From contig CBDBLV010000004.1 in the NCBI GenBank assembly GCA_965207225.1, forward strand, positions 32,001 to 96,000: a DNA stretch of 64,000 nucleotides, written 5' to 3'. Position numbers and translations under genes: made by a program. The notes under the pieces were generated by a model, which worked only from the letters and a program-made list of their open reading frames with translations, had not been told where the DNA came from and made no database searches. Origin of the DNA: Dehalococcoidia bacterium (lineage in GTDB: Bacteria > Chloroflexota > Dehalococcoidia > Plut-88900). Shown here one piece after another: positions 58,540 to 64,000 of the stretch; the stretch's first letter is position 1, and every line of letters begins with the position of its first letter.

Positions 58540-59672
58540 AGACCGTAGATCCCCCGGGCATTGAGGCCCATAACCTTGTCCCGGTCGTCGGGGGGGAGGG
58601 TTTCGAGGCTCTCCTTCAGGCGGGTGACGGGGGCTTCGCAGGAATCACTGTGGGGGTAGTCGAAGGCCCAGACGAGGCGGTCGGCGCCGATGAGGTTGGC
58701 GGTCGGGGCGCCGAGCTCGTCGTCGGGTTCCATGGAGATCCATCCCCGTTCGCTGAAGTATTCGCTGGGCTTCATCTTAAGGGATGTAGTGAAACCTATA
58801 AGCTCGAAGACCTCGTCCATCCTTTCGAGGAAATAGGCCATCCACAAGCAGCCGGATTCGAGGAGGATGATCTTCAGTTCGGGGAACCGGTCGAAGACCG
58901 TGCCCTGGAAGAAGCTGCAGAAGCTGTGCATGAGCTCGGTGGACTCCACGGTGAAGGTCCACCAGGACGGGTGCTTGACCTCGGGGTGGAGGATGGAGGA
59001 TGCCGAAGTGCCGGCGGAGCCGACGTGGAGGGTCACGGGGACGTCCTGGTCCTGGTGCTCGGCCCAGAGAGGATCCCAGTGGGAGGAGCCCCAGGAGATG
59101 TCTCTGGGCGGCCCGGAGGGGCCCTGGATGGCCTTCTTTTCCAGGCCCGAGAAACGCTTCATCTCGGAGACGCTTAGCTCAACATCGTGCCAGGGGAGGG
59201 TAAGGGCGGGGACGAGGCGGTCGGGGTGGGCGGAGCAGAAGTCGACGATCCAGTCGTTGTAGACGGTGCAGTAGGCGTTGGAGAGGGCGGGGTCCTGGAG
59301 GCGGGCGAAGGCGAGGCCGACGGTGGGGTAGAGGATGCTGATGTCGATGCCCTCGGCGGTCATCATCTTGACGCGCTCGTCGGGGTCCCAGGCACCCGGG
59401 ACACGGGCGAGGGACTGTTCCCAGGTGAAGTCGCGCTTTTCGAAGACGTGCTCCTTGCGCCAGGCCTGGGTCGTTCCGATGGCGGCGACGTTGGCGCTGC
59501 GGCCCTTGGAGTAGGTGCTGGTCATCACACCGTCGAAGCTCCAGTACTCGAGGCCCTCGTCGTCGATATCGATGCGGAGGGCGCGGGAGCGGTAGTCGGG
59601 GGCGATGTTTTCGGTCCAGAGGTGTGCAGGTTCGAGGACGTGGCCGTCTACGTCGATGAGTGGGGTTGACAT
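58536..59672 (-). CDS. Amidohydrolase family 2 protein
   Basis: DVDGHVLEP, YNDWI, FDRFPEL, ESGCLW, AFDYPHSD; close paralogue of 38382..39521. Confidence 0.92.
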   Translation of the reverse strand: MSTPLIDVDGHVLEPAHLWTENIAPDYRSRALRIDIDDEGLEYWSFDGVMTSTYSKGRSANVAAIGTTQAWRKEHVFEKRDFTWEQSLARVPGAWDPDERVKMMTAEGIDISILYPTVGLAFARLQDPALSNAYCTVYNDWIVDFCSAHPDRLVPALTLPWHDVELSVSEMKRFSGLEKKAIQGPSGPPRDISWGSSHWDPLWAEHQDQDVPVTLHVGSAGTSASSILHPEVKHPSWWTFTVESTELMHSFCSFFQGTVFDRFPELKIILLESGCLWMAYFLERMDEVFELIGFTTSLKMKPSEYFSERGWISMEPDDELGAPTANLIGADRLVWAFDYPHSDSCEAPVTRLKESLETLPPDDRDKVMGLNARGIYGL

Positions 59673-59733
59673 TGGGTTACCGCCTTTCGGAGAGTGGTCT
59701 CAATTCTACGCCAATAGACATAATGATGGCTGG

Positions 59734-60216
59734 CTACTGTTCGAGGTTGGGGGTGGGTTGGGGACGGGTACGGATGCCCGGGATGAAGCGGAGGGCGAGA
59801 ATGAATAGGATGCCGGTTATGGCGCCGACGGCGGCGAATATGCCAGCGCCTTCGAAGCCACCGAGGAAGGCTCCGACGACTGCTCCGGTGAGCGTGGCTG
59901 TGCCAGCGACCAGGAATCGGAGTTCGATTTCAAGGAGACGCAGGGGGACGATGAGAATTCCCGTAAGGGCGCCGGTGACCAGGCCGATGGCGCCAACGGC
60001 GGCGGCCGAGCGGGGCACCTCCACGGAGCCGCCGATGATGAGGCCGAGGAAGGCTCCCAGAGCGGCCCCGGCAATTGCGCCGCCCAAAGCCCCGAGAAAG
60101 AAGCCGCTCACGAGCCAGACCAGACACTTGCCGGACACGACGCCCATGAGGCGAAGGCGTCGGGGGAAGGCGGATGGGGATTCGGGGTGAGTGTCCAAGT
60201 TGGATTCAGGGGACAT
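59734..60216 (-). CDS. Hypothetical glycine-zipper membrane protein
   Basis: Repeated GxxxGxxxG hydrophobic helices; likely start MSPESNL at 60216. Confidence 0.6.
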   Translation of the reverse strand: MSPESNLDTHPESPSAFPRRLRLMGVVSGKCLVWLVSGFFLGALGGAIAGAALGAFLGLIIGGSVEVPRSAAAVGAIGLVTGALTGILIVPLRLLEIELRFLVAGTATLTGAVVGAFLGGFEGAGIFAAVGAITGILFILALRFIPGIRTRPQPTPNLEQ

Positions 60217-60313
60217 GATGCAAGGTTCCGATGGGGATATGTTAAAGCACGGGGGACGGGTGCGCCAATGAGCGGGAGGGCATGGGGCAACATCCGATTT
60301 GACATATAGTTGC

Positions 60314-60430
60314 TTGATTGAAGGGAGATTGAACTTGATTGAACCCTGATTGAACTTGATTGAAGGCTGATTGTTCTTGATTGAACGTTGATTGAACATT
60401 GATTGAACTCGTAGCTGTTTTGATTGAACG
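60314..60430. repeat. Helically phased tandem array of (T)TGATTGAAC-like units
   Basis: GATTG starts at 60316, 60327, 60337, 60348, 60358, 60369, 60379, 60390, 60401 and 60422. Confidence 0.9.
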
Positions 60431-60510
60431 ACGCCTGAAGGGGGAAAAAATTCATAGGGGCGATTTTTTGGTTGAGTGTGACTGAGGTTAAGATTGACAT
60501 AATGATGGGA

Positions 60511-60810
60511 TTAAAGGCTGAGGTTGCGCTCTAACTTTTCGTTGAGATCGTAGAGGGCGGAGCGCCGGCGGGGGTGGTCAGCGGGGAGTTCGGAGATGAA
60601 GATGAGGGTATCGATGATGTAGCCGGGCTGGGCTTTTTTGCTGCGGCGGGTCTTGCGCTGGACGTTGAGGAACCATCGGTGGAGGAAGGGATAGGGGGCG
60701 AGGGATGGAAGGAGGGATTCCTGTACGCGCTTGGATGCAAGGCCGTGTCTCAGGCGGTTTCGGTTTCCTTTGGGTGCGCCGGCACCGGGGCGCTTTCCTC
60801 CTGAGGGCAT
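60511..60810 (-). CDS. Small basic protein with GGKRPGAGAPKGNRNRLRHG motif (terminase-small-subunit-like motif)
   Basis: AAGGAAG SD, upstream TTGACC-N17-CATACT promoter, characteristic Gly/Lys/Arg N-terminal motif. Confidence 0.7.
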   Translation of the reverse strand: MPSGGKRPGAGAPKGNRNRLRHGLASKRVQESLLPSLAPYPFLHRWFLNVQRKTRRSKKAQPGYIIDTLIFISELPADHPRRRSALYDLNEKLERNLSL

Positions 60811-60916
60811 GGGGTTGTCACTTCCTTTGGAATAAATGTTTAGTAAGTATGTACAATTAGGGAGTTCGGGTCAAGGGGGATTGGCGCGGTTTGGGGAGAT
60901 ACCCCCTACCCTACAG

Positions 60917-61061
60917 AGGAACCCTCACCCCCTTGGTCCCCCTCTCCCCCTCGAGGGACTCGGGGCAGGCTCTTAGGGCCTTTAAGGGAGAGGGAGAGAA
61001 AAGAACAGAGGCAGAGGTTGGCGCTTCAGCGCCAACCTCTGCCTCTAGTTCAATACTGGGG
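60917..61061 (+). repeat. Composite palindromic element, second copy of 34338-34460
   Basis: Same frame, with a different 19-bp palindrome and a nested 24-nt insert. Confidence 0.75.
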
Positions 61062-61112
61062 AAGAGGGTGAGAGGTGTTAGACTAGATGTAAGACTAATC
61101 TTCGATTTGGCG

Positions 61113-62756
61113 GTGACCGATTTGACTTTCAGCCCGCTTCGACGCTTCCAAAAAACGACAAAGTTCCTGGTGGTTTCGGCGATTTCCTTAATCTGCCTGG
61201 CTGTATTGCTGGTTGGGTGCGGGGGAGGGGACGAAGCGGAACCGACCGCGGTGGAGGAGCTTACACCGGTGTCGGTATCCAGCCCTGAATCGACCGAGCC
61301 GACAGCAACATCGGCAATTTCGACGCCAGCACCCTCGGTGGATGAACCCGAACCGGCAGCAGAAACTGAGGGTGAAGGGGACAGCAAGGTCGAGCTGCTG
61401 TACAGGATTACCAGGAACAGGGTTGGAGAGCCGGGCAACGCGGAGGCAGTAGCGGCCATCCGGGAGATTGGGGACTCGGGGGACCCAGCTTTTGTGGTCG
61501 GGTTGAGCGACATTATCCAAGTGCCTTTGACGAGGGATGAGCTGCTATTCAATGCCGAGCAGGTGATCCCGACCATGCAGATGCTATCGGGACAGGAGAT
61601 TGCGTACGATGGAAAGTCCTGGGTCGAGTGGGTGGCGCAGCAGCCCGATTTGAGGCTGCCGGAGGGCTATTTCGGGTGGAAGGTTGACCTGCTGAGCCAA
61701 ATCGACTCCAGATTCAGGAACTACTTCACCATCGACGGAAGCGAAGGGCTGATGGACCCGGCAGACATAGACCTGGACCTGAGATTCATGGTGTGGGGCG
61801 GGGTGTTCCAGGATGACGGATCGGCGAGGTCGATACCATCACTGGTCAATCCGGCTATGGTGTCGGCGGAGGAGGCGGTGTACCTGAGGGACGACGACAG
61901 GGTGTTCGGAGTGTCGATAAACGGAGACTCGCGGGCGTATCCGTTGAGGATCATGAACTGGCACGAGATGGCAAACGACGTGGTCGGGGGTGTGCCGGTG
62001 GCGCTGGCGTACTGCACGCTTTGCGGGTCGGGGATCCTGTACGAGACGCAGGTGGAAGACGAGACGTACGTGTTTCGGAGCTCGGGGCTGCTGTATTTCA
62101 GCAACAAGCTGATGTACGACCTGACGACCGGCGGACTCTGGAACCAGTTCACGGGGATTCCCGTGACGGGATCGCTTGCGGGGTCGGGGGTGGAGTTGAA
62201 CGTGCGACCCGTGACCCTTACGACGTGGGGAGACTGGCTGGCATCGCACCCCGACACGCTGGCCATGGACGTAGACACGGGATTTCCTCGCAACTATTCA
62301 TCTGAAGGGGTGCCGGGTGCGGCGTACGTGGACTATTTCAGCAGCCCTGATCTCTGGTTCCCGGTGAACGTGTACGACGAGCGGCTGCAGGTGAAGGACG
62401 TGGTGTACGGGGTTGAGATCGGAGGGGAGGCAAAGGCGTATCCAGTGGACGTTGTCGGGGAAGAGGTCCTGGTCAACGATGAGGTCGGGGGGACGAACAT
62501 CGTTCTGCTGGGCAATCCAGGAACCAAGGCGGTGGAGGTGTTCGAGCGTGGAGATGTGGAGTTCGTGGGGCTCGTGACGGAGAACGGTATGACAACTCTT
62601 ACCGACGCGGATGGGATTGAGTGGCGGGTTACGGATTCACAGCTGGAGTCGGGGGACGGGAACATGACGCTGGCGAGGGTAGGGGGAAGGACGAGCTTCT
62701 GGTTCGGGTGGCGGGCGTTCTTCCCTGAGACGGAGTTGTACGGGGGTGGGGGGTAG
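61113..62756 (+). CDS. DUF3179 domain lipoprotein
   Basis: Lipobox LLVGC, acidic linker, IPSLVNP, RAYPLRIMNWHEMAND, YCTLCGSG, SGLLYFSNKLMYD, FWFGWRAFFP. Start uncertain (GTG 61113 or TTG 61122). Confidence 0.85.
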   Translation: MTDLTFSPLRRFQKTTKFLVVSAISLICLAVLLVGCGGGDEAEPTAVEELTPVSVSSPESTEPTATSAISTPAPSVDEPEPAAETEGEGDSKVELLYRITRNRVGEPGNAEAVAAIREIGDSGDPAFVVGLSDIIQVPLTRDELLFNAEQVIPTMQMLSGQEIAYDGKSWVEWVAQQPDLRLPEGYFGWKVDLLSQIDSRFRNYFTIDGSEGLMDPADIDLDLRFMVWGGVFQDDGSARSIPSLVNPAMVSAEEAVYLRDDDRVFGVSINGDSRAYPLRIMNWHEMANDVVGGVPVALAYCTLCGSGILYETQVEDETYVFRSSGLLYFSNKLMYDLTTGGLWNQFTGIPVTGSLAGSGVELNVRPVTLTTWGDWLASHPDTLAMDVDTGFPRNYSSEGVPGAAYVDYFSSPDLWFPVNVYDERLQVKDVVYGVEIGGEAKAYPVDVVGEEVLVNDEVGGTNIVLLGNPGTKAVEVFERGDVEFVGLVTENGMTTLTDADGIEWRVTDSQLESGDGNMTLARVGGRTSFWFGWRAFFPETELYGGGG

Positions 62757-62771
62757 GCGCCACGCCCGGGG

Positions 62772-62987
62772 ATCACCCTCACCCCAGCCCTCTCCCGTCG
62801 AGAGGGCTTTGCGTAACTTGCTGTTGGGGGAATCCCCCCCAGAATCCGCTCGACCCTTCGAGTGGCCTCAGGATGAGCGGATTCTGCCCCGCCCGTGGAG
62901 CTCGGGCATGCAACTGACTTGTGTTGCTGTCAGTATCTTGTAGGACCGACCAGCGCTTGAGATTCCTCGCGGGGCCTCGGAATGACA
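62772..62987 (+). repeat. Cluster of REP-like families A, C and B between convergent genes
   Basis: A at 62772-62806, C at 62840-62886, B at 62960-62987. Confidence 0.75.
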
Positions 62988-63005
62988 GGCGAGTACGGAG
63001 TAGTG

Positions 63006-63947
63006 TTAGCGGTAGTGGACCTGGGCGTTGATGCGTGTCTCTAAGGTGTCAGCGATTTCTTCTGCGAAGGAGGAGCCGACGCGGGAGAAGAGCCTCTGGA
63101 AGAGGGGGCGGCGGGGTCGGGCGTAGGAGATCTTGGGAGGGACATGGCCCAGTTCCGAGGCGAGGGCGATGGCCCTATCCATGTCGCCGACCTCGTCGAT
63201 GAGGCCGTACTCGACGGCTTTCTTGCCGGTGAAGATCTCGCCGGTGGCGTATTCCTTGACCTTGTCGGGGGTCATGCGGCGGGAGGCGGCGACGATGTCG
63301 ACGAATATGTCGAAAAACTGGGTGATGAGCTCGTCGCGCTTTTGCATTTCTTCTTTGGTCGGGTCACGGTAGAAGGCGCCCATATCCTTGTATTCGCCGC
63401 TCTTGGAGACGGTGACGTCTATGCCGATGCGCTTGAGAAGGTCCTTGGCCACGGGGCCGATGGAGATGACTCCGATGGAGCCGATGATGGAGCTGGGAAG
63501 GGCGACTATCTTCGTTGCGCCACAGGCGGCCATGTAGGCGCCGGAAGCGCCTATGCCCCTGACAAAGGCGATGACGGGCTTCCGGGCTGCGAGCCGGGTG
63601 ATGGCGCCGTAGAGGTACTCGGAGGCGGGGGCGGAGCCTCCGGGGGAGTCGATTTCAAGGATTACGGCCCGGACGCGCTTGTCTTCCTTGAGTCCATCGA
63701 TGAGATGGACGTACTCGCCGACCTTGGCACCGCCCTGAATGGCCCCGAAAAGCTCCACGATGGCGATACGGGGCTGAATGGGAAGGGCGAGGCCCCAGAA
63801 TGTGGGGCGGGAGTCGACAGCGGCGGCGGTTGCGGCGCTGGCAAGGTAGTGGCCGGTGACGCTGGTAAAGCGTCGGGCGGCTTCGTAGCCGATTCCTGCG
63901 CCTATGAGGCTAATGGGGAGAAGGTAGGCGTCTCTGGGGAGTTTCAT
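63006..63947 (-). CDS. sppA: Signal peptide peptidase SppA (S49)
   Basis: IDSPGGS, ASGAYMAA, GSIGV, KSGEYKDMG, TGEIFTG, GLIDEVG. Confidence 0.93.
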   Translation of the reverse strand: MKLPRDAYLLPISLIGAGIGYEAARRFTSVTGHYLASAATAAAVDSRPTFWGLALPIQPRIAIVELFGAIQGGAKVGEYVHLIDGLKEDKRVRAVILEIDSPGGSAPASEYLYGAITRLAARKPVIAFVRGIGASGAYMAACGATKIVALPSSIIGSIGVISIGPVAKDLLKRIGIDVTVSKSGEYKDMGAFYRDPTKEEMQKRDELITQFFDIFVDIVAASRRMTPDKVKEYATGEIFTGKKAVEYGLIDEVGDMDRAIALASELGHVPPKISYARPRRPLFQRLFSRVGSSFAEEIADTLETRINAQVHYR

Positions 63948-64000
63948 TGGTCCTCCGGGGGCTATTCCACAGGGTTGTTCGATTTAACGGTGGGATCGGG

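Noticed and set aside
2397-59669. Many long antisense or alternate-frame ORFs in the track (e.g. 2397..3464, 13206..14141, 37114..38358, 48046..49368)
   Set aside because: They are shadows of well-supported genes in GC-rich, skewed DNA and have no recognisable domains.
60108-60500. ORFs reading the phased repeats as heptads (NQxSIKx in 59734..60399; QSSSI in 60108..60500)
   Set aside because: The repeat has a 10/11-nt sub-period and a frame-shifting 11+11 step, there is no clear SD, and different frames give equally repetitive peptides. It is better explained at nucleic-acid level, though coding is not excluded.
60891-61112. N-terminal extension of the DUF3179 ORF
   Set aside because: It is a read-through of the palindromic repeat element; the signal peptide and lipobox start further downstream.
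62008-62035. Selenocysteine in the DUF3179 CxxC motif
   Set aside because: Both positions are TGC (YCTLCGS), with no in-frame TGA.

Overview
A 64-kb, GC-rich bacterial chromosomal segment with a strong G-over-C skew on the + strand throughout. The gene content points to Chloroflexota, probably SAR202/Dehalococcoidia (inference): eight luciferase-like (LLM) oxidoreductases, three amidohydrolase-2 enzymes, family III CoA-transferases and a PPOX-type protein. Established content includes a CBS-domain cation/H+ antiporter, a SulP transporter, and a cobalamin-riboswitch-controlled corrinoid uptake/salvage operon (btuCFD-like, cobO, cobT, cobS, cobU). It also includes sixA, recQ, ggt, a prokaryotic viperin, a fused double ABC exporter, four tandem LLM paralogues, a fused oxoprolinase/hydantoinase, a DUF3179 lipoprotein and sppA. 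Intergenic regions carry several co-oriented REP-like palindrome families. The most unusual unexplained signals are four: (1) a four-module covarying hairpin/kissing-loop array at ~31.0-31.3 kb behind a promoter with a weak SOS-like box; (2) a small basic GAPKGNxN..HG protein gene followed by ten helically phased GATTG(AAC) repeats at ~60.3-60.8 kb; (3) a two-copy element with a conserved frame but interchangeable 19-bp palindrome; (4) a low-GC viperin gene with a direct-repeat operator and a structured 5' leader. No tRNA, rRNA, CRISPR array or intact transposase was seen. All assignments come from motif recognition by eye; no database searches were run.
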